Shown here piece after piece: positions 1 through 10,985 of a stretch of 64,000 nt of DNA (the first letter of the stretch is position 1; every line of letters starts with the position of its first letter). Under the pieces are notes generated by a model. That model worked only from the letters and a program-made list of their open reading frames with translations. It was not told the origin of the DNA and searched no databases. The DNA is taken from assembly GCA_043825875.1 (NCBI GenBank), contig JBDRRF010000103.1, positions 101,397-165,396 of the forward strand. The letters run 5' to 3'. The translations under genes and the position numbers were made by a program. Source of the DNA: Pseudomonadota bacterium (GTDB lineage: Bacteria; Desulfobacterota; Desulfobacteria; Desulfobacterales; RPRI01).

Positions 1-1627
1 ATGATTTATCATGACATTTGGAACAAGATGTGGGCCCGGTTTTTTCTCCTGTCTTTTTCATTTCCCGGTGGCATTTTATACAATAATCCATTGCCTGTTT
101 GGTTTGAAGTTTTCCATTTGACTTCATCTCAAAGATAGCGCCAATTTTTTTTGGAAACATATCGTGACAAGTCATACAATCTTTCACCGCTTTCTCATGT
201 TTTTCATGGGGAAAGTCAATACTTCCCCTATCACCTCCTGAAAGCTCAAAAACTTCTTTGACAGCCTTCCCGTTTTCCGGAAATATTGTTTCAATTTGCT
301 CCATTGTAATTACAGGTAAAACATTCTTCCCTTTTCCCAGAACCATATCTATTAATTTCTGTGGAGCACTCCTGTAAAGCAATTTTACCGAAACAGATAA
401 CTGTTCGAAGTTTTTCTTTTGAAATACAATCTCTTCCCTGGCAGATTCTTTGGGCGGAATACGTTTATCTTTTAAAATTTCACGGGCTTTTGAGATATTT
501 AAAACCGGATTACCTTTTCCGTCTCCAAAAATTGTGTTATAAATTATTGTGCCTTCGGTTATATAGCCATCTTTATCAAGCTTTCCGCTTGAATAAACGA
601 TATTATTATTTTCATCTTTAATAACAATTTCAAGCCACATCTGCCGCACATCCGTAAGGCCGGTTGGAAGGTAGTGACCGGCTCCTGAATTTGTTATAAT
701 TATACCAAGCTTTCCTTTTTTTAACTCAAGTGTATCCAGAAGTATATCGGCGCTATTAGTCAACCTTTCTATTGCCATATCCCTTTTTTCCATACTATTA
801 AAATTTGCAGGAACAACCGTATTTGCGCCTGTAAAATAATGTGTGAATATATGATCCCTTATTGGTCCATCATCGGCAGCCCTGCCTTTATTAAAAGGTC
901 TTGGTGTGGATGCTGTTGCCGGAATACCTGGACGTTGATACATATGGCAGCCCTGACAGGTAATTTTTTGTGTTTCATCTTTGTTATTGTATGGTCCGTT
1001 TTTCCATTCGTCATATGTAGTCTCAAGTTTGGTAGCAAATGATACATGAGATACATTATGGCAGGTGCCACATATTTTTGCATCGGTGTGAAATTCGGAA
1101 AAAGCACTTTCATGATAATCGGAATTGGAATCCTTAAATGGTCCGCGTTTTATGCCCGGATCATCTTCGCCATGCCCCGGACTAAGAATTAGCCCGTTGT
1201 TATAAATTTTATCCGCGCCAGTTGCCGAATGGCAATAATCACACTGGATTCCTTTTTTTGCTATTTCAGGAACCTTAGCTCTGTTATCTGAAGTTTTTTC
1301 AGGATATCCTGTAATATTGCCAACAGGGGTATGACATTTAATACATGATTCGCTTTCGGCAATTTCACCATTATCATTCAAACCTGAAAGCATATACTTT
1401 GAAACCGCAACATATAAAGGATCTTCATGGGAAAGATGATGCATGGAATTTTGCCACTGGCTATATATTGTGCTATGACAGTCACCACAAACCTCAGGTG
1501 AAACAAAGCGATCAATTGTAAGCTTTTCGGCATATGAAAAAACCGCAATGAAAAAAATTGCGGCTATCATAATTCCAGCTAAAAGTACCTTCTTGTTTAA
1601 AGAAAATATAGGTTGTTTTGATTTCAT
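1..1627 (-). CDS. Multiheme cytochrome c (at least 8 CxxCH motifs), 3' end runs off the window
   Basis: Manual translation from ATG 1627 (RBS AGGAG) is open to the window edge (about 542 codons). N-terminal signal/TM segment, then CGDCH, CIKCH, CDYCH, CGTCH, CQGCH and C-terminal CMTCH, CIKCH, CSKCH. Absent from the ORF track because there is no stop in the window. Confidence 0.9.
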   Translation of the reverse strand, partial: MKSKQPIFSLNKKVLLAGIMIAAIFFIAVFSYAEKLTIDRFVSPEVCGDCHSTIYSQWQNSMHHLSHEDPLYVAVSKYMLSGLNDNGEIAESESCIKCHTPVGNITGYPEKTSDNRAKVPEIAKKGIQCDYCHSATGADKIYNNGLILSPGHGEDDPGIKRGPFKDSNSDYHESAFSEFHTDAKICGTCHNVSHVSFATKLETTYDEWKNGPYNNKDETQKITCQGCHMYQRPGIPATASTPRPFNKGRAADDGPIRDHIFTHYFTGANTVVPANFNSMEKRDMAIERLTNSADILLDTLELKKGKLGIIITNSGAGHYLPTGLTDVRQMWLEIVIKDENNNIVYSSGKLDKDGYITEGTIIYNTIFGDGKGNPVLNISKAREILKDKRIPPKESAREEIVFQKKNFEQLSVSVKLLYRSAPQKLIDMVLGKGKNVLPVITMEQIETIFPENGKAVKEVFELSGGDRGSIDFPHEKHEKAVKDCMTCHDMFPKKIGAIFEMKSNGKLQTKQAMDYCIKCHREMKKTGEKTGPTSCSKCHDKS

Positions 1628-1647
1628 CTCTGCTCCTGTTAACTGTT

Positions 1648-1808
1648 GAGCCACTTTCAAAACGTTTCAGTTTGGTCAAGCTCAAGGCGGGAGAAAATTT
1701 CAACCACAGGAATACATTTAGTATTTTGAGGATAGCGCCAAAGCTTCATTTCGTGCGAAAGAGCCCAACACAGAAATCGGCCAAAATGGGGTGTTTTGAA
1801 ACTGGCTC
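1648..1808 (+). mobile_element. MITE family A, copy 1
   Basis: Terminal inverted repeats GAGCCACTTTCAAAAC / GTTTTGAAACTGGCTC; body shared with copies at 13605, 20403, 26164, 31421 and 57188. Confidence 0.85.
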
Positions 1809-2007
1809 AAGATTTTATTTTATTATACCGATATACTAAAATATGAATATTGACACTTGCTATAAAATGATCTCCTTCTTTTCATATAATTTTTTGTAAT
1901 ATCTATAAAAATTTATTTGCATCAATTTTGTAATATAAACCCATTATAGGGAAATGTTAACTTGGTTAACACTATAACATAAAAATTAAATACAAGGAGA
2001 TACGATT

Positions 2008-2301
2008 ATGCAAGAAGAGATTAATAACCTAATTAGCAATAATATTCAACAAAAGAAAGAACATTCAGTTGATGTTCATTTTACACTCCCACTATTATTT
2101 AAGCGTTTGTATTTTGTTTTTTCTGCCGGACCGGATGTTCGGGCAAAGAAAATAAATACTTCTGTTTTGGATATGGAAAAACGTTCCAAAACTAAGGCAA
2201 AGGATACATTGATTGTAATTATGGGCTTTCTCTTTTTTTCCGCATTTTTTGGTGCGCTTCTTATTAAAATTATGCATATTATGGCTAACCGGACGATTTA
2301 A
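2008..2301 (+). CDS. Small hypothetical membrane protein
   Basis: RBS AAGGAG; 97 aa; C-terminal hydrophobic helix. Confidence 0.6.
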   Translation: MQEEINNLISNNIQQKKEHSVDVHFTLPLLFKRLYFVFSAGPDVRAKKINTSVLDMEKRSKTKAKDTLIVIMGFLFFSAFFGALLIKIMHIMANRTI

Positions 2302-2937
2302 TAATAACCAAATATTGGATTATAAAGAACCTTTCTTGCCGTAAAAGTTAAGAGACTTGCATTGTTGCTTCTAACAATAAGTAGTTTATGAAGCGTTTAT
2401 ATCCTCTTTTTGATGATAACGGTAAGTATCTTTCAACAGGTTTTTGTAAAATTTCAGATCTTCGATTACGGTGCCAAATTCGCTAACGGGAATCCAAACA
2501 GCCCCTAAGCTATTAATCTCCATGGAACCCTATTTTTTGGCTTCTGTATAATATTTTTTGTACCCAAGGGGGCATTCTCGATGTTTTTAGTCAATTTTCT
2601 ACGATTCGCATACGCATTCAAAACCATAATAGGTTGAATCGTAACATTATTTTGATAACTACAATATGCAAAAAATATGCGTTGAAATTTGCTTGCTGTT
2701 GCGATTTAACAGGCTATACGCTCATCCCAAACCAGGGCATTTTCGCCCTTTATATTTTGAAGGCCATTTTTATTGTTTAATAATATTTATTATTGACTCT
2801 GGCGCTATAACTCAATATTTACATTGTACAAAAATAAAACGAAGCAGTCAGAAAATATTCTGTTTTGCCTGAAACATAAAAATCAAGACTTGCATGCAAA
2901 AGAGGGTATTTTTTAAATATCTTAAACGGAGGAAACG

Positions 2938-3579
2938 ATGGGCTGGTTTATAAAAACCTTTACAAGTTCCATAGGTAAAAAATGGCTTATGGCTATAACA
3001 GGGCTTAGTTTTTGCGGATTTCTTACGTCACATCTATTAGGCAACCTGACTCTTTATGCAGGAAAAGATGCTTTTAATGCATATGCCGAGCATCTTCATT
3101 CTCTTGGGATACTATTATCTGTAAGTGAAAAAGGGCTTTTGTTTTTTGCGACAATTCACATTTTAACCGGCCTTGTTCTTTTTATTCAAAACATGAAATC
3201 AAGGCCTGTAAGATACTCCGTCAACAAGAATGCCGGGGGCCGCACAATAGGATCTGCTACTATGCCTTACACAGGCTTGATACTAATTGCCTTTATAATA
3301 CTACATCTGATCAATTTTCATTTTATTGATAAAACCGGCACAACAATATTTGAAATAGTTAAGAATGCGTTTTTAAATCCGGTATATATAGCAGTTTATA
3401 TATTTGCCATGATCGTGGTTGCAGTACATGTAAGTCACGGGTTCTGGAGTGCTTTTCAAACACTTGGAGCAAACCATCCCAAGTATATGCCTTTTATCAG
3501 AAAGGCGGGTATTGCCTTCAGTATATTAGTTGGACTTGGTTTCGGCTTCATACCGGTTTTTATTTCGCTTACAACATAA
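2938..3579 (+). CDS. sdhC: Succinate dehydrogenase/fumarate reductase cytochrome b subunit (b558 family)
   Basis: [13 protein letters not shown] start, 5 TM helices, heme-ligand His residues; upstream of the flavoprotein. Confidence 0.92.
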   Translation: MGWFIKTFTSSIGKKWLMAITGLSFCGFLTSHLLGNLTLYAGKDAFNAYAEHLHSLGILLSVSEKGLLFFATIHILTGLVLFIQNMKSRPVRYSVNKNAGGRTIGSATMPYTGLILIAFIILHLINFHFIDKTGTTIFEIVKNAFLNPVYIAVYIFAMIVVAVHVSHGFWSAFQTLGANHPKYMPFIRKAGIAFSILVGLGFGFIPVFISLTT

Positions 3580-3592
3580 GGAAGGATATAAT

Positions 3593-5506
3593 ATGCAGCT
3601 TGATGCAAAAACACCGGCAGGCCCACTTGCACAAAAATGGGACAAACACCGTTTTGAGCTAAAGCTTGTCAACCCTGCAAATAAAAGAAAATACAACATA
3701 ATCGTTGTTGGAACCGGCCTTGCCGGAGGTTCGGCGTCAGCATCTCTTGCCGAACTTGGATATAATGTAAAGACATTCTGCATACAGGATAGTCCGAGAC
3801 GCGCCCACAGTATTGCCGCTCAGGGCGGAATCAATGCTTCAAAAAACTATCAGAATGACAGTGACAGCGATTGGCGCCTTTTTTACGATACTATAAAAGG
3901 CGGCGATTTCAGGGCAAGAGAAGCAAATGTTTACAGACTTGCCCAGCTTAGCGGAAACATTATCGATCAATGTGTTGCTCAGGGAGTTCCGTTTGCGCGC
4001 GAATACGGAGGCCAGCTTGCAAACAGAAGTTTCGGCGGTGCTCAGGTTTCAAGAACTTTTTATGCAAGAGGCCAGACTGGTCAGCAGCTTCTTTTAGGAG
4101 CATACAGCGCACTTTCAAGACAGATTGCGGCGAAAAAAGTAGAAATGTATGCCCGAAGGGAAATGCTGGATGTTGTCGTAATAGACGGTCACGCAAAAGG
4201 AATCGTTGTCCGCAATCTTGTTTCAGGTGAAATCGAAAAATATGCCGCAGATGCGGTTGTTCTTGCCACAGGCGGATATGGCAATGTGTTTTATCTTTCA
4301 ACAAATGCCATGGGCTCAAATGTTACTGCAACTTACAGAGCATATAAAAAAGGGGCTTTTTTCGCCAATCCTTGTTTTACACAGATTCACCCAACATGCA
4401 TACCCGTTCACGGAACATATCAGTCAAAACTCACATTAATGAGTGAAAGCCTGAGAAATGATGGCCGGGTTTGGGTTCCCAAAAAACCTGGAGATAAAAG
4501 AAAGCCTTCCGAGATACCCGAAGCTGAACGTGATTATTATCTTGAAAACAAATATCCGAGTTTCGGAAACCTTGTTCCACGCGATGTTGCATCACGAAAT
4601 GCCAAAGAACAGTGTGATAAGGGAAAAGGTGTCGGCGAAACAGGGCTTGCTGTTTATCTTGATTTTGCAGATGCAATCAAAAGAGACGGAAAAGACACTA
4701 TAGCAAAAAAATACGGTAATCTTTTCCAGATGTACGATAAGATTACAGCCGATAATCCCTATGAAACACCCATGATGATTTATCCCGCCGTCCACTACGC
4801 TATGGGCGGCCTATGGGTTGATTACAATCTCATGAGTACCATCGACGGTCTTTTTGTTCTGGGTGAAGCCAATTTTTCCGACCATGGTGCAAACCGCCTT
4901 GGTGCAAGTGCTCTCATGCAGGGCCTTGCAGACGGATATTTCGTAATTCCATATACTATAGGTGGATATCTTGCTACCACACCTAAAAAAGAGATAAAAA
5001 CCGATCATCCGGCATTTAAGGAATCTGAAAAAAAGATTAATGATTTTACCAATAAACTCCTTTCCATAAAAGGAAAGCGGACGGCCGATGATTTTCACAG
5101 GCAGCTTGGAAATATTTTGTGGGAATATTGCGGTATGTCAAGAAATGACGCCGGACTTGAAAAAGCACGAAAGTTTATACAGGACTTAAGAGGAGAATTC
5201 TGGAAAAATGTTGTTGTGCCTGGCTCCGGCATGGAGTTTAACCAAAGCCTTGAAAAGGCCGGCCGTGTTGCGGATTTTCTTGAATTCGGTGAATTGTTGG
5301 TAATAGATGCTCTTTCCCGCAAGGAATCCTGTGGTGGCCATTTTAATGAGGCTCATCAAACTGAAGAAAATGAGGCAATGCGTGATGATGAGAATTTCTG
5401 CCATGTTTCGGCATGGGAGTATAAGGGAGATGGAAATGATCCCGTTCTTAATAAAGAACCTCTTACTTTTGAAAATGTCAAACTGACACAAAGGAGTTAC
5501 AAGTGA
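3593..5506 (+). CDS. sdhA: Succinate dehydrogenase/fumarate reductase flavoprotein subunit
   Basis: [11 protein letters not shown] motif, [12 protein letters not shown] covalent-FAD His motif, HGANRLG; start moved to ATG 3593 after RBS GGAAGG. Confidence 0.95.
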   Translation: MQLDAKTPAGPLAQKWDKHRFELKLVNPANKRKYNIIVVGTGLAGGSASASLAELGYNVKTFCIQDSPRRAHSIAAQGGINASKNYQNDSDSDWRLFYDTIKGGDFRAREANVYRLAQLSGNIIDQCVAQGVPFAREYGGQLANRSFGGAQVSRTFYARGQTGQQLLLGAYSALSRQIAAKKVEMYARREMLDVVVIDGHAKGIVVRNLVSGEIEKYAADAVVLATGGYGNVFYLSTNAMGSNVTATYRAYKKGAFFANPCFTQIHPTCIPVHGTYQSKLTLMSESLRNDGRVWVPKKPGDKRKPSEIPEAERDYYLENKYPSFGNLVPRDVASRNAKEQCDKGKGVGETGLAVYLDFADAIKRDGKDTIAKKYGNLFQMYDKITADNPYETPMMIYPAVHYAMGGLWVDYNLMSTIDGLFVLGEANFSDHGANRLGASALMQGLADGYFVIPYTIGGYLATTPKKEIKTDHPAFKESEKKINDFTNKLLSIKGKRTADDFHRQLGNILWEYCGMSRNDAGLEKARKFIQDLRGEFWKNVVVPGSGMEFNQSLEKAGRVADFLEFGELLVIDALSRKESCGGHFNEAHQTEENEAMRDDENFCHVSAWEYKGDGNDPVLNKEPLTFENVKLTQRSYK

Positions 5507-6267
5507 CAAAGACTCTTAATTTGACACTCAAGGTCTGGCGCCAGAAAGGACCGGACGCTGTCGGTAAACTTGAAACATATAATGCCAAAAACATTTCCAC
5601 TGACATGTCATTTCTGGAAATGATTGATGTCATAAACGAACAGCTTACCCTTGAAGGCAAGGAACCTATAGCTTTTGATCATGACTGCCGTGAAGGAATT
5701 TGTGGTATGTGCGGCGCTGTTGTAAACGGTCGTCCGCATGGCCCTGAAAAAGAAACTACATTGTGCCAGCTTCATATGCGCCATTTTTCGGACGGCGATA
5801 CTATTTTTGTTGAACCCTGGCGTTCGAGAGCTTTTAAAATAATAAAAGACCTTGCTGTTGACCGGAGTGCGCTGGATAAAATAATCCAGGCCGGAGGTTA
5901 TGTTTCTGTTAATACGGGCGGAGCTCCCGATGCCAATGCCATCCCTATATCACAGGAAATTTCCGAAAAAGCAATGGATGCCGCTGCATGCATAGGGTGC
6001 GGAGCATGTGTGGCAGCCTGTCCAAATGCTTCTGCAATGCTTTTTATAAGTGCTAAAATTTCACAACTGGCGCTTCTTCCCCAGGGAAAACCGGAAGCAG
6101 CAAAACGTGCTATAGAAATGGTTCGAACAATGGATAATCTTGGATTTGGAAACTGCACTAATGAGAGAGAGTGCGAAGCCGAATGTCCGAAAGAAATATC
6201 TATTGTAAACATTGCCCGAATGAACAGGGAATTTTTTAAGGCATCGTTCTTTTCAGATGTAAAGTAG
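5503..6267 (+). CDS. sdhB: Succinate dehydrogenase/fumarate reductase iron-sulfur subunit
   Basis: [21 protein letters not shown] and [12 protein letters not shown]e-S motifs. Confidence 0.95.
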   Translation: MTKTLNLTLKVWRQKGPDAVGKLETYNAKNISTDMSFLEMIDVINEQLTLEGKEPIAFDHDCREGICGMCGAVVNGRPHGPEKETTLCQLHMRHFSDGDTIFVEPWRSRAFKIIKDLAVDRSALDKIIQAGGYVSVNTGGAPDANAIPISQEISEKAMDAAACIGCGACVAACPNASAMLFISAKISQLALLPQGKPEAAKRAIEMVRTMDNLGFGNCTNERECEAECPKEISIVNIARMNREFFKASFFSDVK

Positions 6268-6276
6268 TATCTGCTG

Positions 6277-7590
6277 ATGACTAACCATACCATTTATATA
6301 TCAGATTCCCGCAAAATGCCTGAAGTTTCGGATGAATCCGTTCATCTTGTTATTACTTCCCCGCCATACTGGCAGCTAAAAGATTATGATGATATCAGAC
6401 AGATTGGTTTTTATGATACATATGAAGAGTATATCAACAACCTTAATCTGGTATGGAAAGAATGCCATCGTGTCTTAAAAGAAGGTTGCCGGTTGTGCAT
6501 TAATATCGGAGATCAGTTTGCAAGAGCTGCGTATTATGGCCGCTATAAAGTCATACCCATCAGAACGGAAATAATAAAATTCTGTGAATCTGCCGGTTTT
6601 GATTATATGGGAGCTATTATCTGGCAAAAAGTTACGACCTGTAATACAACAGGCGGGGCTTCAATCATGGGGTCATTCCCTTACCCGCGAAATGGCATTT
6701 TAAAGATTGATTATGAATTTATTCTGCTTTTCAAAAAACCCGGTGATCCTCCTTTTGTTGAAAAAGAAAATAAAGAAAAAGCAAAATTATCCACACAAGA
6801 ATGGAACGAATACTTTGCCGGGCACTGGATTTTTCCGGGAGAAAAACAGAATAAACACCTTGCGATGTTTCCGGAAGAACTTCCTAAACGCTTAATAAAG
6901 ATGTTTTGTTTTGCACAAGAAACGGTTCTTGATCCGTTTTTAGGAAGCGGTACAACATCACTTGCTGCCAAAAACCTTGACAGGCATTCAATAGGCTATG
7001 AAATAAATGAATTATATTTGCCTGTTATAAAAAAGAAATTGGGAGCTGAGCAAGTTGATATTTTCACTGATTTTTCTATTAAAGTCAAAAAACCCAAACG
7101 TGATATTTCAGACTACGGGGAAAAAATAAATCAATTGCCATATATATTTTGTGACAAGATTAAATTTGAAAAGAAAAGCGATCCGAGAAAAAAGACATAT
7201 GGTTCAAAAATTGACGCAAAGAAAAAAGAAAAAATTAAGTATTTAAGATTAAGGCGTGTTGTTTCCCCAAATGTGATTGAGCTTAGCAATGATAACACAG
7301 TAAAGCTTATCGGTATAAAACCAAAAGCAGGGTCGGAGGCAAAAGCCATTAAGTGGCTTGAGGATAAATTGAAAGGACAAAGCTTTTATTTAAAATCCGA
7401 TCAAACCGAATATGATGAAAACAATTATCTTCTTTCCTATTTGTATCTTAAAAACAAAACATTTATCAATCTTCATCTTCTTCGCACAAACCTGGTGGAG
7501 ATAGACGAATCTGCCCCATTTAAATATCTTAAAAAGTTTAAAGCCGTTTCGGAAGAAATCAATAAAATTGATGCCACAGAAAAAACTTAA
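6277..7590 (+). CDS. Beta-class amino DNA methyltransferase (SPPY, likely m4C) with C-terminal thermonuclease-like domain
   Basis: VITSPPY precedes HLAMFPEEL and VLDPFLGSGTT (motif order IV then I); C-terminal VKLIGI...LLSYLYL...INLHLLRTNL resembles the SNase fold. Confidence 0.85.
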   Translation: MTNHTIYISDSRKMPEVSDESVHLVITSPPYWQLKDYDDIRQIGFYDTYEEYINNLNLVWKECHRVLKEGCRLCINIGDQFARAAYYGRYKVIPIRTEIIKFCESAGFDYMGAIIWQKVTTCNTTGGASIMGSFPYPRNGILKIDYEFILLFKKPGDPPFVEKENKEKAKLSTQEWNEYFAGHWIFPGEKQNKHLAMFPEELPKRLIKMFCFAQETVLDPFLGSGTTSLAAKNLDRHSIGYEINELYLPVIKKKLGAEQVDIFTDFSIKVKKPKRDISDYGEKINQLPYIFCDKIKFEKKSDPRKKTYGSKIDAKKKEKIKYLRLRRVVSPNVIELSNDNTVKLIGIKPKAGSEAKAIKWLEDKLKGQSFYLKSDQTEYDENNYLLSYLYLKNKTFINLHLLRTNLVEIDESAPFKYLKKFKAVSEEINKIDATEKT

Positions 7591-8824
7591 AATCCTTCAT
7601 CTGCTAAGCCAGCGTCCGGATTCAACAGGAAGCGGTTTCTATTTGCAGGCCATGCTGCGCGAATCATTTTTATGCAATCATCAAAATTTTTTGTTAGCAG
7701 GCATACAGTACGATCAGCCTGTCGATCTTGACTGTATTAAAGAAGACCGGTGTGAATATGTAAAATTTTCTGATGCGGATGTGTCTTGCCAAATACCAGG
7801 CATGAGCGATGTTATGCCTTATGAAAGCGCAAGGTTTTCCTGTCTTTCACCAAAAGAGATCAACCAGTATTTAAAATCGTTTACAGAAAAACTTAAAAAA
7901 ACCGTAGCTTCTTTTAAACCGGATATCATACACAGCCATCATTTATGGATTGTCAGCTCTTTAGCCAGACAGCTTTTCCCGAACATTGCCATAGTTACTA
8001 CCTGCCATGGAACAGATCTTCGCCAATTTAAGAACTGTCCTCACTTGCAGGAAATGGTTTTGGAGGGCTGCCACAAACTGGATGCTGTTATGGCTTTATA
8101 CGAGGCACAAAAAAAAGATATTATCAATTTGTATAATATTGCCAAAGATAAAATTATTGTTGTCGGAGCCGGATACAATGAACAGCTTTTTACACCAGCA
8201 TCTAAGCCTGATCCGAATCCCGTGCAACTGGTATACGCCGGAAAGCTAAGCAAGGCCAAAGGAGTACCCTGGCTTTTGAGGGCGCTATCTACCATAGATT
8301 TTCCTTTATGGCGCTTGCACCTTGTTGGAAGCGGAAGCGGTGAAGAACGCGATTATTGTCTTAAACTTGCAAAAGAACTAGGCGAACGGGTTGTTGTCCA
8401 CGGCGCTGTTTCACAAAAAGATTTAGCAGATATTATGAAACAGTCTCATGTTTTTGTACTACCCTCTTTTTATGAAGGTCTGCCTCTGGTCTTACTGGAA
8501 GGCCTTGCCTGCGGCTGCAGGATAGTTGCAACCGATCTTCCGGGTGTAAGTGAACTATTAGGAAACATTAATGCCGATTTTATAAGCATGGTAAAAACCC
8601 CTCGTCTTAATATTGATATTCCGTATAAAGAAGATGAAAATTTATTTGAAAAAAATCTGGCAAATGCACTTAATACCCAAATTTTAGCCTCATCAAAAAA
8701 TCCCGGAATAGACATCTCCGTTATTCGTGATAAAATAGCTTCTTATTCATGGGCAGGTGTGTTTAATAAGGTTCAGAATATATATTTTAATGTTTTAAAG
8801 AGTTATAATAATTGTTCGAAGTGA
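7568..8824 (+). CDS. Glycosyltransferase family 4 (GT-B)
   Basis: PDIIHSHH, YAGKLSKAKG, PSFYEGLPLVLLEGLACG (Ex7E). Confidence 0.9.
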   Translation: MMPQKKLKILHLLSQRPDSTGSGFYLQAMLRESFLCNHQNFLLAGIQYDQPVDLDCIKEDRCEYVKFSDADVSCQIPGMSDVMPYESARFSCLSPKEINQYLKSFTEKLKKTVASFKPDIIHSHHLWIVSSLARQLFPNIAIVTTCHGTDLRQFKNCPHLQEMVLEGCHKLDAVMALYEAQKKDIINLYNIAKDKIIVVGAGYNEQLFTPASKPDPNPVQLVYAGKLSKAKGVPWLLRALSTIDFPLWRLHLVGSGSGEERDYCLKLAKELGERVVVHGAVSQKDLADIMKQSHVFVLPSFYEGLPLVLLEGLACGCRIVATDLPGVSELLGNINADFISMVKTPRLNIDIPYKEDENLFEKNLANALNTQILASSKNPGIDISVIRDKIASYSWAGVFNKVQNIYFNVLKSYNNCSK

Positions 8825-8831
8825 ATAAAAT

Positions 8832-9167
8832 ATGAAAATAGATATAAGCGGAATTAAAGGGTTAGTATTTACATTGCCAGCATCTGGCGAGGAGTATGGA
8901 ACGATCCGAGAATATGATCTCGATTTCTACCCAGATGGATTTCCTGTCGATACTTGGATGCCTTTTGCGGACGATGATTGTGGAAATATATTTGCAGTCT
9001 CAGCTGACGGGAAAATAGCATGGTGGGATCACGAAACTGACGAAATAACTGTGTTGTCAGATTCGTTCGAGGAGTTTTGCATGAACTGCGGTTCGGGAGA
9101 GGACGTGGAGGACGGCCAAGTTATTTCTACTTGGGTAAATCCAGACTTCAAGCCAGAGTTTGATTAA
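8832..9167 (+). CDS. SMI1/KNR4 (SUKH) family immunity-like protein, gene cassette
   Basis: PFADDDCGNIF...IAWWDHET...LSDSFEEF pattern; flanked by GTTCGAA (8814) and TTCGAAC (9179). Confidence 0.75.
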   Translation: MKIDISGIKGLVFTLPASGEEYGTIREYDLDFYPDGFPVDTWMPFADDDCGNIFAVSADGKIAWWDHETDEITVLSDSFEEFCMNCGSGEDVEDGQVISTWVNPDFKPEFD

Positions 9168-9178
9168 TCAATGAGCAT

Positions 9179-9281
9179 TTCGAACAAACCAGTGGAGCAG
9201 ACGGCGTGAAGATAGCGGTTTTCGCAAAGGCCGTGCAAAGTTGATATTTGTTTAGCCCGCTGCTCACCGGGGGCGATATGC
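9179..9281 (+). other. attC-like integron recombination site
   Basis: R'' TTCGAAC, paired arms GTGGAGCAGACGG / CCGCTGCTCAC, degenerate R' GATATGC. Confidence 0.7.
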
Positions 9282-9315
9282 ATCCACTTTGCATACCTTA
9301 ATTGAATATAGTTGA

Positions 9316-9693
9316 ATGGCGGGTATGAAAGAAGATTTCCAGCTAAATAGTGGGAAAACGTGCCAACTCATAAGAATTAGAAATGATATAATTCCAAATT
9401 ATTATATACTGGCTTTTCCTCGTGTTCAAGGGGAACCAAGTTCAGAAGAAGTCACCGAGATGCTTGTTATTGGAACAGAAAAAGCCCAGCAGTTAGCGTT
9501 TGATTATATTCAAGACCGTGAGGCATTTACTTTGCTCTATAGCGGCTACAGTGCACGTAGAGAAAAAGGTTGGCACATTCATATTGTTCTGCTTGGTAAC
9601 AGATGGCGTAAAGCTTGGTTGTACTTTGTACTTGCGGGCAAGAATCTCCTTCAGGCATTGAATATACGTAAAGATGATGCGCCAAGGATTTGA
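9316..9693 (+). CDS. Hypothetical protein with HIT-like WHIHIV motif
   Basis: 125-aa ORF immediately after attC; partial histidine-triad motif. Confidence 0.55.
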   Translation: MAGMKEDFQLNSGKTCQLIRIRNDIIPNYYILAFPRVQGEPSSEEVTEMLVIGTEKAQQLAFDYIQDREAFTLLYSGYSARREKGWHIHIVLLGNRWRKAWLYFVLAGKNLLQALNIRKDDAPRI

Positions 9694-10304
9694 ATATGAA
9701 TCAATCACGATGGCTCGGTCTAATGGAGTTGCTTGGAGTAGCTCCATCATTAGAAACATATAATAAACTTAAATTGGCTTATTCAGAGCCACATCGTCAT
9801 TATCATACCATAATGCATATAAACGATTGCTTGACGAAACTTGATTCAGTCATCAAACTCGTTGAAAATGCTGTTGAAGTTGAAGCTGCTATTTGGTTTC
9901 ACGATGCGATTTACAAACCCTATGCATCTGATAATGAGCTGAAAAGCGCCAATTGGGCTAAAAGCTTTTTTGAATCTATGGGCGTAAATAAAACCATGGC
10001 TGATAAAATTTATGGGCACATTATGGCTACATTACACAATGAACCGTCTGATAGCAGTGATTCACGACTGATAGCAGATATCGACCTTTCAATACTCGGC
10101 TCAGAACCTGATGATTATCAAGTTTACGAAAAGGCCGTAAGGAAAGAATATAAGTGGGTACCGTATTTCATCTATCGAAAGAAACGTCGGTCGGTGCTAT
10201 CGTCGTTTTTGGAAAGAGATTTTATCTATTCAAATAACTATTTTCAAATCGAATACGAAGAAAAAGCAAGGGAAAATATGGCAATTGCAATTGCAAAATT
10301 ATGA
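9690..10304 (+). CDS. Predicted HD-superfamily metal-dependent phosphohydrolase (COG4339-like)
   Basis: YSEPHRHYHT, WFHDAIY, DNELKSA, DIDLSILG, VRKEY motifs. Confidence 0.85.
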   Translation: MNMNQSRWLGLMELLGVAPSLETYNKLKLAYSEPHRHYHTIMHINDCLTKLDSVIKLVENAVEVEAAIWFHDAIYKPYASDNELKSANWAKSFFESMGVNKTMADKIYGHIMATLHNEPSDSSDSRLIADIDLSILGSEPDDYQVYEKAVRKEYKWVPYFIYRKKRRSVLSSFLERDFIYSNNYFQIEYEEKARENMAIAIAKL

Positions 10305-10367
10305 AACCATATAACAGACTTCTTGTGAGTCAATCAAATATAATATTTCATAACAAAAGGAGAAAAC

Positions 10368-10964
10368 ATGGATTCTATCAAACATACCGATATAGCAATA
10401 TCTGATATTTCACCCAAGACAACAGCTTTATTGATAATAGATATGCAAAATGATGTTATGAATATTGTTCCTCCCGGCATGCAGGTCATACCAATTATAA
10501 AGCGGGTTCTTGATACCTGTAGAAGTAAAAGCATTCCGGTAATTCATAAAATAAGAATTCAGCGTTCTGACGGGATTGATGTTGAAAAGTTCAGAGTAGA
10601 AATGTTTAAGCAAAAACCCTATCTTGTTGACGGAACACCAGGCGCTGAAATAGTCTCTGAATTAAAACCTGCCACAGGCGAATTTCAGGTAAAAGGTGCG
10701 CGCTTCAGCGGATTTTTTCAAACCGACATGCAGTTGGTTTTGACAAGACTTGGAGTAAAAAAACTTGTTATTTGCGGAGTACAGACACCAAACTGTATTC
10801 GTTCAACAGTGACTGACGCCATTGGTTATGATTATGATGTTATTTTGTTAAAAGACGCTACTGCCGCACAAACCGAGCAAGTACACGAAGCAAATCTGTT
10901 TGACATGAACAATATGGGTATTACTATAATATCAACTGATGAGTTTTTGAGTTTGATCGCATAA
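10368..10964 (+). CDS. Isochorismatase-family cysteine hydrolase
   Basis: TALLIIDMQND, K..FSGF, GVQTPNCIRST (Asp-Lys-Cys triad). Confidence 0.9.
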   Translation: MDSIKHTDIAISDISPKTTALLIIDMQNDVMNIVPPGMQVIPIIKRVLDTCRSKSIPVIHKIRIQRSDGIDVEKFRVEMFKQKPYLVDGTPGAEIVSELKPATGEFQVKGARFSGFFQTDMQLVLTRLGVKKLVICGVQTPNCIRSTVTDAIGYDYDVILLKDATAAQTEQVHEANLFDMNNMGITIISTDEFLSLIA

Positions 10965-10985
10965 TCCGAATTAAAGGAGTAAATA

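Noticed and set aside
1512..1839. Short ORFs at 1512, 1618, 20412 and 34195 in the ORF track
   Set aside because: They lie largely within MITE sequence and are likely spurious translations of the repeats.
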